Made by a program: the position numbers and the translations under genes
Origin: Atractiella rhizophila
Taxonomy: Eukaryota
Direction of reading: 5' to 3'
Assembly (NCBI GenBank): GCA_021432655.1
Contig: MU271230.1
Span: 1-64,000 of the forward strand
DNA length: 64,000 bases
The notes under the pieces: generated by a model
Databases searched by the model: none
The model's input: only the letters and a program-made list of their open reading frames with translations
Told to the model about the DNA's origin: nothing
Shown: positions 48,282 to 60,660 of the stretch, piece by piece
Numbering within the stretch: position 1 is the stretch's first letter
How the letters are laid out: each line of letters begins with the position of its first letter

Positions 48282-48504
48282 TGTTGGAGATCCGTGGATG
48301 CCACTTGTTTGTTTTATTTGCATTGCGTTCCGGATGCCGTGCCAAACATGTGCACTTCACCGCTAGTCCGGACTTATAAGTATGCTTGATGTGTTTTCTT
48401 TCCTCTTCTTTCTCCCCAATCACATATTCGTTTACATTATTTGCACTCACTCATAAGTGATTGGGGATTGTTAGTGCAAAGTGGTAGAAAGTACATTTCT
48501 CACT
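48282..48504 (+). repeat. 3' LTR of Copia-2
   Basis: Direct repeat of 34299-34521, preceded by the PPT and followed by TSD CCATT. Confidence 0.92.
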
Positions 48505-50641
48505 CCATTCCTACTTCATTAATCATTTCCTCGTCCGCACGATGTCCATGAAGCTTCCATGATCCTTCCTCCTTTGCTGTATTCAACATTCATTAGATAG
48601 AGCGGCTGAAGCAGTCCGCAGAAAGCTCGTCGGAGGATGCCGCAGAGGGAGGATAAGGTACGGCGAGGAGGGCGATGGGTTGTCGAAGTGGGTTCGTGAC
48701 AAGAGGTAGAGGATCTGTTTCAAGCTATGTGCACATCTCGAGGAGGAGAAGGTGAGGACCGGAGCGAGAGCAGTGGTGGAGAGGAGTGGAAACATCCCAC
48801 CACGTACCCTCTCTGCTCATTCGCCTACAGGCATCACATAACCGTTCAACGAGGTTCTCTGGAGGACATTCGCATGATGACCTCCCTTCTCTCAACCATC
48901 CTCTCCGCCCCAAATCCCGTCCCTCCCTATCTGCTAGCTCCCCCTTCTACTTCGACAAAGTAGCGAGGAATGCGTCGAGCATCCATCTTTCCTCTTCGAC
49001 AATCACCTCGCGGACTATCCTCGCCTGCTGGCAGGAACAATGTGGGATATTCGGTGAGGGACACGCTTCCTCACTTTCTCATGTCGTTTTAGGAGTGGGC
49101 ACCAGGGGCAGGTGAATGAATGGAATGTGGGAGAGTACACGTGGAAATGGAGAACTGATGTCGGGGAACGGAGGACGAGAGGATGAGGAAGGTTGAAGAA
49201 TGGTTTCGAGGAGGGAAGGAGTCGAGATGATAGATAGTGTGGGAGAGAGTCGTTGCAGCATCTTGCTGAACGAGGGTCCCCAGCGAGGGTGATGTGATGT
49301 GATAATGATTGAGCGGCGCCATGTGTGGCATGGGGAGATGGAAGCGGATGGTTATGCTAATCGAACATGTGGTGCGTCTTCCTCACTTTCATGCTATGTT
49401 GTCTTCACCACGCTGATTCTTTGCAGGATGGCTGACATTATTGAAGCTCTGCCGCATATTCGAAAGGGAACGACTCCCACTTTCGTATCAGCAATGCTGG
49501 CAACCCAGAGAATAATCACCCTGTGGCTAAGTGAGAGCATCAAACGACAAAACCATTGTTTGTGCCACTTCCCTTCCCAACACAAGTGGAAATGACGACG
49601 TAGTTGCATTCAGCTGCTCAATGAACTGACCATCCGAACGCGATTCGAAACGTTTCCCTTCAAGATTCAAGCATTATTCTCACATCAGGTATATCAACCC
49701 ACGAAACTGCTCATTGCCCAACAATCCTATCAGAGGTCTGGACTTCACTGCATGGTAGGTTTAGTACGATGCAATCGCTTCGTTGCTGTCTCTTCAGAGA
49801 AACGTATATATTTACTCCCTTCGACCAACGACATGCTTCCTGGCTTTTTGTAAGGGAGAAGATGACTTCGAAGGCACCTCAATTGAATGACATCCATCCT
49901 CCTCTCTTTCAATCAGCGGCTGCCCTGTGAGACACGGCAATAGTAATGCTTCAGAACGCTTTACAGTCTTCTTGCTCATTGACTTAAGAGATGGCATATG
50001 GAAGAGGAAGGAGAATTTCCGTCTCGGCTCGTGATGCAGAGCTGAAGGAGGATGAGGGGAGGAGGGGAGGAAGACGAAAGTATGGAAGACGCAGAGCCCT
50101 GGTGATACGTAGCTGAAACGAAGCGAAGGAGGAGAAAGGGGAAGGTGAAGGAGGATCAATTCACTGGATGTCATTCGTATGCTACATACACTCCTGCCTC
50201 ACTGCATGGGCCAACTCTCGCTTCAGTCGAAACCGACCTCTTCTGTACCTCTCGCAGCCTCACGTCTACTATCCAACTTCCTTCAGCCACCAGACTGGCG
50301 GTTGTTCCTTCGATCTGATGATTTTGACCCTCTCTTCCTGTTTGCCTCTTGCACCATATGTCAGCCATTGGCACATATGTGATGATCTTGCAAGCAGGTT
50401 CGCTAAATGTCTGTTGAATCCATGGGGCAGCTATCATGGACTAGATATCGGCGCATAGCTTCCAAAAGAAGCAATGAACAATCTGTACTGTATAATAGCA
50501 GAAACGGCAGAAAAGCTTGTAAACAATAAGAAAAGGTTGAAGGAATAGATGAACCGAAGTGCTAAAGTGGGTGGGAGAGGGAAGACAAACCTTCAACAAT
50601 AACCTTGTGATGACCACTCTAAGTTTGCCAACAAGGACCAG

Positions 50642-51393
50642 TTATTCTTCGTCCTTCTGGTCAATGTCCGAATAAGACACCCATTCACTATTGACAGGAC
50701 CCAGCTCCCCCCAGTGTGCAGGATGTTGGCTCAACCACATTCTTGTTGGCAAGTTCGGAGAATTCCTCAGACATCTTGCTCCCACACGTCCTCCCAAACC
50801 CTCAACGGCGCCTTCGTCACCATGCACCTCCGTGAGCCCTCTCTGTGCCGTCCTTCAAAGCTGTGATGGTTTTCTCGAGGAATGGAGGCTTGTTTCTGGA
50901 GGAGAGATGAAGGAGACGGGACGGAGACGGGAAGAAACCGTTAAGCGAGGGGAAGAGGATGAGAGAGAGCACAACGTCATCGGCATCATATACTACTGCT
51001 AGGGTAGCATGAATCTCCTTCCCCCACCCCTCCATCTTCCCTTTTTCTGATCTCTCCCTCTCCATCCTTCCCACGCGTTCCAACTCCTCCCAACTCAGGA
51101 AACTATCCTCCTCCGTTCTATCCCTTTTAAAACTCTTCCTCAACGCCTTGTCATCCGCCATCTCGTCGTAAGTCTAGAGAGGAGCGACTGCTCCATTCGT
51201 AGTGCTGAGAGTTGGGCGGAGTGCCTTGGGAGAGAGTCGCATTTGGAGTGCGGGAGAGTCGCGGTGTTGTAGCCTTCGACGATGGTGCGAAAGAGTTCTT
51301 ATTGTTTGGCATTTGGGACTGTCTCGGGGTTGATTCCGCGTTTCTCAACCAACCAGAGCTTAAATTCCGTTTCCTTCTGTATGTCTGTTCCAC
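50642..51393 (-). pseudogene. Possible fragmented gene of unknown function
   Basis: Three overlapping minus-strand ORFs (51151-51393, 50817-51161, 50642-50827) in shifted frames with protein-like composition; no motif recognised. Confidence 0.3.
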
Positions 51394-54250
51394 CCATACC
51401 GTCCATCAATTCTCACCAGCCAACATTACGGCCCAGAAAAAGGTAGGGAGGAACGTGGGGGGACCAACCAGATTCAGAAATAACCTCATACGTTCTCCAC
51501 TCCACACCACTCCTTCCTTCTTCTTCTCCTCTTTCCTCGCCTTCTCCTCCCATTTCCTCTCCTTCCTCCCCCAGGCTTAGCAGATGTCTCGTCTCATCAC
51601 TTTTCCTTCTTCTCTTTCTTTAGACACGACGGCATGAGGTCGAAGAGGAAACAGCGCGAGCGCCGTTCTGCCCCATCCCGTTTGGTTCAATACGAGGATA
51701 CCTTAAACAGAGGTAAGCAAAGACAGACCTGGCGATCGGGAACATTCCTCTTCCTTTCTCTATCTCTACAAGGGGAACAAGACTTCTCCCTCCTCCTCTC
51801 TGTCCGCCTCTCCCTGGTACAAGAACTCGAGCCTCGTCCTCTGTCTCCTTCTATGTGTCTGTGACGTTCGTGCGCCGCCAATACGCATGAAAACCCATCC
51901 GCAGGTAATGAAGAATGATGTATGCTCCCATCTTTGTTCTGCACTTCCTGTCTCTCACGTTCCAAGCTTCGGCTCCTGCTCCTACCCCTTCCTCTCTTCT
52001 CAACCTGAGTCCCGCCGTCTTCCTTTCTCCATCCTCCCGCTCTGTTCCTGTCTCTGTCTCTGCCACGATGGAATATCCCAGGACTAGGGTCTCGTTACAG
52101 TAATAGTAAGTCTTGTTTTGTCGCTTGCGAATGGATTGCGGATGCGGACAGGACTGTTCCGTTTGTTTTGTTGCACAGCGCTTTGCAAAGCGAAGAAATA
52201 TGCGCAAGTAGCAGCTCCTAGAGCTCCCTCCGTTCAGGCCTGATCAGGGCCAACAGTTCATGTGAACATTCTTCCGAACACTTTACATCGATGGATCAAC
52301 TCCCTTCCTAGCCGGAACAGGATCCCTTTGCAAGATTCTTGTCCAATGTCCGTAAAATACTTGTAGGTGCTGGAAGTTGATTAGAAAGGCGAATCACCAT
52401 GTTCAAACCGTTTTCGTGTGGTTGCACTGCTGTGTCTTGAGCATTGCTAAATCGTTGCAGACAAACTAAACTTGGCCAGCAGCCGATCACGACCGTCCCG
52501 AAATTGGTACATTGTTGTCGAATCATTGTCCCACTATTGTCAACTCCAATGACAGTTATCTGCGCTCGTCAACGATTGCTCCATGCTTGCTAGCTTATGT
52601 GTCAAGGAGGTGAGAAGAGCTTTTCTATTGTCCTCCAACTGAATTAAAACTGATGCCAATTGGCTTAGGTCGCCAATCATTGACGCATCATCCGTCTACA
52701 GTTGCCACATCATTCATGGACTTGTCCATCGTTGATCACTCCTTCAGAAACAATGAACCACTGCGATCACTGATGCATTCATGATGGTTAGTGCTTCTTA
52801 TTTCATTGTCAATGATGTACTGACTCTGATGGGAAGCGAGGCATATCATTGTCAACATCGAAAACGATAGAATAACGAAACATCTGTGTCCACAATCCTC
52901 GGTCAACGATGCTGCAGCTGTATTGCAGGAGTAGTTCAATGTTAGGAAAATATGTCAGAAGTGAAGGAGATAGAGATGAAGCGCTGAGGTACCTTGGAGC
53001 ATCGGTTCCAAGGAAATGCAATAATGGTACGCTGTCTCTCAGAGCTGAACTGGTACGCATTCTTCCTCTCTCTAGCTAGAGTGGCCTTGCACGTGAGGTT
53101 GCCGAAAGTTGGACTTCTGATGAGATTTGACGTCAAAGAAACGACGACTTGCCCTTCCCTCTCCATCCTCTCCTTCACGAGCCTTTCCCTTCCAATTCCA
53201 GTCACAGTGTGCAACAACTCGCCTCCTAGGACGTCACTCTTTGTCTAGACATCCCTCTCGATTGAATCAAGATGAGCATGAAGACCCCGATGGCCATGAT
53301 CAGCAGTTCAGAATAGGAAGCTTTACGAATGTTGAAGAACGCGTTGCAAGGATTGTGCTGTAAAGCTAGGGTGGGAGGTATGTTCTTCAAGTATTTGGAG
53401 CGTGTGGCAAGCAGGAAGCATGAAGGCTGGACATGAAGATTCACGAGCTGGACTCATCTTTTAACCACAGGATCGCACTTCACGTGACAAGTTCATCCTC
53501 ATTTTTCGCGTGTGAGCAGTTTCTTTCTTCTGTCATTACCTGGTATTGAGGTTTGCACGTAGTGTTACCATTAGTTTAACCTGTTGCTGTGCAATGTGAG
53601 TCTCTCTGCTCGCTTTCGCTTATCTAACCAGCCTGTTTTAGAAGTATTGAAAGTTCCTACACTGGCTTCTTTCTTTTACGTTTTGCCTCAAGGCCTTGGA
53701 TCAGGTGCGCCTTGCCTGCTCTCCGTTGTCACTTGCATTCAACTTTGTTCTTTAGCCATCCCATGTCATCTATGATTCACCATCTCCTAGTGTATCGAAT
53801 GACCGCTCGCATCCCCTCCACTCAGCTCCTGACCTCTCCACGACAGTTAGCAACGATTGGAGGGTGTGGGGACAACTGGAGGCTGCAGGAAAGTAGCAGA
53901 AGGAAGACGTAAGGAACAGGAGGAGCGACAGGGAGAGAAACAGGCTGTAGTAAAGGTGGTATACAAAAATTCAAGCGATTTCAACCAAATCTGAATGTGC
54001 TGGTGCCATCTTGGGGTCGAATGTTTAAGAAATTATCAGACCTTGAAAATTGTTATTTCGGATCTCATGCTATGGCTTCACGGTTTTTATATAATCTTAC
54101 AACTGTTTTCAAGTAGCGACAATCTTTGTTCAAGCATCGTCGAGCCGCAAAAGCATTGCCAAGATGTGGTTACTTAGCCATCACTCGCTGATGATTAATA
54201 CATTATCTCTCAGAATGGTTGAAGTATGGTTTGTTCATTGGCCAACTATT

Positions 54251-54316
54251 GTCGATCCCAGACCATGGTGCTTGGTCGACGTCGATCCCAGACCATGGTG
54301 CTTGGTCGACGTCGAT
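54251..54316. repeat. Perfect 30-bp tandem duplication (2.2 copies)
   Basis: GTCGATCCCAGACCATGGTGCTTGGTCGAC twice, plus GTCGAT. Confidence 0.95.
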
Positions 54317-54957
54317 GATTTTCACGGTTGGCAATAGTTGGAGAAGGATCTTAAAAAGAGCCCAGTTCCGGCTAGGTTCCCTCCTTTGGCGTCCACCAGC
54401 CCATCACCTACCCTCTGAGAAAGCGGCTTCAACCAGTATCTCTCTTCTTCCTCAGGGCAAACCCGTGAACTACCTCAACTTGCTATGGTTTTGTATGGGA
54501 ATTCACAAGTATGGAACCGGGTACGGACGTGCCCTCTTTCCTGCGTCCATCCACGTAACAACTTGATCAATCTAGGTCAGTCCACTTGCTCCGCTTCAAT
54601 CGTTTTGTTCATTAATTAAAGAAGGTCAATTCTCGATACCCACCGCAAACCAGACGTTCGTCCTGCTTCATGTATAAAGGCAAGCGACGTCCTTCAATCC
54701 CCAGCCACGAAACCATACATCGATCGTGCCTTTTACCTGGATTCTCCAGCTACATCTTGGTAGTCTTACACGTAACAGTTTGAAGCCTTGGATCATTTTT
54801 TCGTCAATCTTCGTTATAGTTTCGATCACGTCGAGATCCGAAAGGTGACGAGGGAAGATGGTGCCAGCTGATGATGCGACTCAGGCATGATTTCATCTCC
54901 ATTTTTGGCTTTCTTCTTCTCATCTAATGTGGTTTATGGGCTGTCTCTTCTCAAAAG

Positions 54958-57392
54958 ATGGCTGAGCAAACATCTCGCCTATCTCATGGCACTCAGGAAC
55001 CAAAATTGACAGCACTGGTCCATGTCATCACCCCAAATAACGATCCCGATTCGATTCACCTCTCCATTCTTCCGTCCTTCTTATCTTGCCTACCTTCGTC
55101 GATTCAAATGGTCCGGATTTCGTTTGCCTTATCGCGACCAAATATGAGGTTGAACCTTGCAGCGATGTCACCAAAATTGTGTTATTTATCACTTGACGGG
55201 TCAACAATGCGGTGCACAAGGATGGTGCAATCAATCTTCATGTTACCATCCATCCCAAAAATGTCTCAGTAACCTTTTTGGATATTGAGGGGCATGCATC
55301 GACTGTCGAAAGAGATGTCAAATCAGAGGTCGACACACTTGCTTCATATGGCAATCCATTTATCCGTGCATTTCCTTGCTTTCGCGAGAATGCTATATTC
55401 GTCCCCTTAGCTTCATTCTCCCAACACGAAGGACGCTTCCTCCCCATCGATGAAGACGAATCATCGTCTCTCCCATTCCTCCCGACCGCTAGCATCATCC
55501 AACTCTCTGTCCCACCTCCAGAAGTTATTCCATGCACAATTTCGAGCTTGCCTGTGGAGCTCCTCTGTCTCATATTTAGTTTCTCCGACGTCGCTTTCAC
55601 CGTCTCGGAAGTGTGCGAGCTTTGGAGGAAGGTTTCAGCACCTTATTGGAGCGAACCTGATTCTGTATCGGGCAAGTACACTCGATTGAACCGCTATCCT
55701 GGTGCTGGACGACTATGGGACACCCTGGAGTTTTACGAAAGTATGGATGTTGGGATGGTGAAGGAGATCATTGCTGGCTCGCCGAATATCACGACGGTGT
55801 GGATGCATGCATTTTGGAATGAAGAGGAGGCGAAGACTGTGTTGAATGCAATCGAAGGTAAATGGCTGGATGAAGTCAGCTTTGGAAGTGGTTCAAGAAA
55901 GTGGAGGAGGGACGAGATCGAAAACTTTATGCGGATGAAGGGTGATGGGATCAGACGGCTCCAAGCTCACGACGTGGAGGAATCTCCCGCTTCAGCCTCA
56001 GCAGGCCTTCACTTATGCTCTCGCCTCGAATACCTTGACCTCTACAAATACCCGCCCCTTCCATCGCTCTGCCTCCCACACACCGTCAAGCACCTCCAGC
56101 TCTCCAATATGTGTCCACTCCCTTCTTCCATCTCAGAGTCCCCTCTGCCGCCTCTTCTGCAAGACCTCACCCTTGTGCTCGCCCCTTTCTCCACCGATGG
56201 AAAGACCTCCATCCTACCCACTCCGCTCGACTTATCATCCCTCAGACACCTCACTGTGCTGTTCCTCGACGGGGGCGAAGAAACGTCAAACCTCATTTCC
56301 CGCGAGTTTTTCAGCACACTGAAAACTGCCACATTGATAGATTGTATAACACTCAACTACTGTGTGGTGGACTCGTTCGACTTCCCAGACTTCATCCGAT
56401 GGTTCTTTGGGGATTGGCGGGTAAGGGGGATCGAGAAGGGAGATCATGGTGATGGAGAGGAGATGGGGTACTATCTTGAGGTTCGTTTATTCTTCGGAGA
56501 GTGGAGCGGGGAGGAGATCGTGATTGCGAGGAGTACGATGGCAGAGTACAGAAGGAGGAAGGGGTCAGGCATTTGGGAGCCTGGGGAGGGGGACTTGACG
56601 TCAACTGCGGACTCATCACTCTCACTCTCAAAACCTGACGACTTTTTTGAGTACACGATGGAACCCCCAGTAACCGACGGTCTTCTGGAAGAGATGTGTC
56701 CCCTCCCTTCCTCGAACTTTATGCGGAGGATGGGTGACGGGGTCAGATGTCTCAAAATTTACGATGTGGAAGACTCGCCGGCTGCAGCCTCAGCAGGCTT
56801 TCACTTATCCTCTCGCCTCGAATACCTTGACCTCTACAAATACCCGCCTCTCCCATCGCTCTCCCTCCCACGCACACTCGAGCACCTCGAACTCCGGGAT
56901 ATGTGTCCACTCCCTTCCTCCATCTCAGACTACCCTCTGCCACCTCTTCTGGAAGATCTCACAGTCGTCATCGCCCCGTTCTCCGCCAATGGAAAGACCT
57001 CCATCCTACTCTCTCCGTTCGACTTATCGCACCTCACACACCTCACTCGCCTGATCCTCAATGGGGGCGAAAAAACGCCAAACCTAGTTTCCCACAACTT
57101 CTTCAGCACACTCAAAAATGCAACTGGGATTTTTGAGATAACCCTCAAGTACTGTGTGGTGTACTCGTTCGACTTCCCCCAATTCATCCGCTGGTTCTTT
57201 GGGGATTGGCGGGTGAGGGGAGCTGAGGAGAGGGATCGGGTTGATGGAAATGGGATAGGGCAACATCTTGAAGTTCGTTTATTCTTTGGAGAGTGGAGTG
57301 AGGAGGAGATCGTGATAGCGCGGAGGACGATGGGAGAGTACGCGACAAGGGAAACGAGCAGGTGGTCAGGTGTTTGGGAGGCGGGGGAATGA
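54958..57392 (+). pseudogene. F5: F-box/LRR-like gene with an early frameshift and an in-frame duplicated LRR half
   Basis: 1-nt deletion near 55196 (CTTGACGG versus CTTGAACGG). The 726-codon downstream frame contains the C-terminal LRR block twice. Confidence 0.82.
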
Positions 57393-58059
57393 GGACGAGT
57401 ATTGGTGAAAGCACAATGGCGTTTGAGGTCGGACTCTAGACTCTCATATCACTCTCACTCGCAGTACCCGACGATTGTCTTGGACACGACTGAACCTTTT
57501 CTCCCGCCATGCTACCATCTCGATTGGGACGAGTTGGGATGATATCGATACCAACCTATCAACTGCTATGGATTGTAACGGAGAGCGGCACCTTTCGGCA
57601 AATCCGAAATGAGACATCGTCATTCACACCCCTGTCATCCTAGGTGAAGGAATGAGGAGGCAGTTCCACCACTTGTCCCCATTTGGATTGCGTCCAAGGG
57701 ATTAAAGGTAGTATGTGTGTACGACATTTTGAATGTATTTAGTTCGAAGACTACCTGTGATCGGAGGGAAGGACGTTTCCTTCATCTGTTGATGCTTGGA
57801 ATGCCTAGAGTTTCTTATTGTTGCCTTACATCTGTGTTGAAGAATGAAAAATGGTGCATAGAACTTGGGATTGAGCTGGTGATACTCCGCTCACTGGCAG
57901 GCGAGCTCTTTCCCTAATATATAATACTTCCATCCAAGCTGCATCACGTCTGCTCTGCCACTAAGTTGGAGAGATAGCACAACTCTTCCTGGATTGAGTC
58001 ATTGTTTGGCGAGATCACCAACTAAAGTAAAGCTTCCAGCCTTGCGCCTGGTGCGCTCG

Positions 58060-60660
58060 ATAAAACTAGCACAGCGTCTTCGGTAACAACACTTCGGCGT
58101 GACACATATGATGAATCGATGTGCATAACTGCATACATACATAATCCCGACCAATGAGCCTCACAGCACACTTCTTGGAGCTCTTATCGTCACTCCCATT
58201 ACTCTTACTCTGGCCCAACACCGCAAACTCGAAGAGAGAACTTACTCGGATGGAGACTCTGCTTGAGCTTCTCCGCCTTCGCGCTATCAGCAAGCACGAG
58301 TGTAAAGATGTTTCGAGCATCTGATCTTGGACTTGGTGACGGGTTGTGTGGAATCGAGGGCTTTGGATTTCTTGGTGGGGGAGGTGACGGAGGCTTTGGC
58401 ATTTGCGCGGGACATGTGCGCTCTAAGCGAGCAGCTACATCGTGGTATCAGAGCTTGTAGTTGGTGAGAGAAGGGGAGGGGACCTTTGGCATACTTTCGT
58501 TGAGCAACATCAAGGAGCATGTACTGGCAAGTTTCAGATTCCTGTACCCAAAAAATGGCAAATACCAACTGCATCAGGTCTTCAATTTCCCCTTCGTTAC
58601 CAGTCTAATCTCACCTGAAACCTATGGGAGAGCAGAAGCCTCAAGAGGTTACTTGGGCTCAGCACTCGCGTAATCTTGAAAAGGGTACGCTCCGTACTCC
58701 TGATTATTCCTCCTTCACTAATCAGTTCGTCGTCCGCATGATGTCGATGACACTTTGTGAGGCTTTGGAAGTCGATGATCGGTGAGGGAATGAATGGAGC
58801 GGCTAACTTTGCAGAAAGCGGGATCGACAAGCCGTATCGACGACGTCATTTATGTATTCGAAGTCGCGACACGTTGCCCTGCATCAGTGCCACAGCGCCT
58901 AGCTCTTCTCTCAATTCCAACGTTGTCCGGCTAGGTCTACCATCCGTTCCCGCAACGCGCCTCAACAACCGTCCACACCGCAACTTGTTCAGCCATCCCA
59001 GCTCCTCTCCTTCGACAACCCAAAGTTCTTCGTCCCTCCCACCTCGCGGTCCCAAACCACTCTCCACCACGCAAATACGAACCACTCTTCGAGTCCTCAC
59101 CAACTTGAACCATCACCTCCCTCCACACTTATATCCTGTCTCCACCCACCTACATCGTCAACGCCGTCTCCTTCGCCTTCACTTTCGCTCTTGACGTGCC
59201 CCGCACCCGACGTACCCATGTGCTCCCAACGAGTACACGAAGCGGATCTACTCCCACCGCGCGAGCGAATACCACAGGAACACTCTATCCTTTCTCCTTC
59301 CCTTTTGTCCGGATGGAGCCGCTGGAGCTGTCTTTCTGTCAAGATGGTTTGAAAGGTGGCAAAGGGAGGTGGAGGGACGGCGAGATGGATCAGTCGAGGT
59401 GGGCTTGGTGATGGAGAAACCGTAGGAGGAGGGCGGGCAGGTTTCTGTTGGACGGAGGTGTGCTGAGGAGCAGGGGTTGAGGAGCATAGGGGCGGCGAGT
59501 GCTGGAGAGGGGACAACATCGCACCACTTACTGTCCGTCTGCTCTTTCGCCTGAGGGCATCACATAACTGACCGCAGTTCTCTATAGGACATTGGCATGG
59601 ACGCCTCTCTCCTCAACGGTCGTGTACACCCAACATCCTGCCCTCCCTATCCTCCCTCCTTCCACTTGACAACTTGGCGAGGGACACATCGAGCAACCAA
59701 CCTTCCATTCAGCTCTCCGACTTCCCCCGGCTTGCTCTCTGGAACCATTCGGGGAAACGGCTCCGTCGTTCTCTAATGTCTTTGTTAGGAGCGTGGACAG
59801 GCGAGACTCCGGAGTTGAGGAGGGGAGGGGAATTATGTGGAAAGAGGGAGCAGATGTTGGATGGAGAGGTGATGTCGAGGAAATGGAAGATGAGAGGATG
59901 AGGATGGATTGAAGAAAGCATCGAGGAGAAAAGAGTCGAGATGGGAGGTGGCATGGGAGAGAACCGGTGCAGCATTGGTGCTGCTTCTTTCGGAATGAAA
60001 AGTACTAGCGAGCGTGATGTGATGAGATGACGATTGAGTGACACTCTCTGGTTGACGAATGAGGGATGGGGGGATCAAACTTGGAAGGTAACACTAATCT
60101 GCTTTGCTGTCAGCCTTCCATACTTAACCCTCTTTCGCCGTCACAACGCTGAATCCATGTGATGCGATGGAGCAGGACGCGTTGTTCACTTTGTCAAAGC
60201 TCTGCCAGATTATCCAAAGGGGGACGACAGGCACTGTCATCCAAGCAAGGCTGGCTTCCTGCGAACACACACATTGCATCAAAAGTGGTTTGTACACATT
60301 TCTTTGCTAAGGCAAGCAGAGATTGACGACGGCTAGACTCAGGTACTCCACAAGCTGACCATCCACAGACAATTCGAAGACGGAACACCTTCCGCTTTCC
60401 GCTGCTCTTAAAGCTTCCAGGTCCACTCGCAGATCAAGGTGTATCGACTCACGAGAGCTCCGTGCGCCAACAATACAGATGGGATTCGCTGCCCTGCTAG
60501 GGTTAGCACCTTGCAAGGACCAACGTCACTATCACTGTGGAACGTTACAGTACCCATCGCGCCAAAACTTTTTTTGTAGGACTGTCATTCTTGCGTGGGA
60601 TTGTAGCATTCCTGTTCAGGTCCACATTGCTCCTGTTCTGCTACTTACTAGATGGATTCA
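58060..60660 (-). pseudogene. Gene X copy 6 (most complete uninterrupted copy)
   Basis: Remnants PKEAAPMLHRFSP, HLDSFLLDAFFNPSS, FPEWFQRASRGKSE, VAGTDGRPSRTTLELREELG, KKSKALDS. Confidence 0.55.

Larger units (their letters stand above)
34299..48504 (+). mobile_element. Ty1/Copia LTR retrotransposon (Copia-2), degenerate, hosting a nested Gypsy
   Basis: 223-bp LTRs at 34299-34521 and 48282-48504 (about 7 mismatches), TSD CCATT, PBS TGGTAGCGAGAG, PPT GAAGTGAGGGGGAG, Copia domain order. Confidence 0.95.
33600..49790 (-). pseudogene. Gene X copy 5 (split by Copia-2; parts at about 33600-34298 and 48510-49790)
   Basis: The flanks of Copia-2 rejoin into sequence homologous to 58680-58750; remnant KKSKALDS..QDPMLE. 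Confidence 0.5.

Noticed and set aside
54251..54316. CRISPR-like 30-bp repeat
   Set aside because: Head-to-tail duplication without spacers, in a eukaryotic context.
54454..54535. Possible MITE (AGGGCA..CCGT / ACGG..TGCCCT)
   Set aside because: Short imperfect inverted ends and no convincing TSD; the right end overlaps the conserved spacer motif GGTACGGA.
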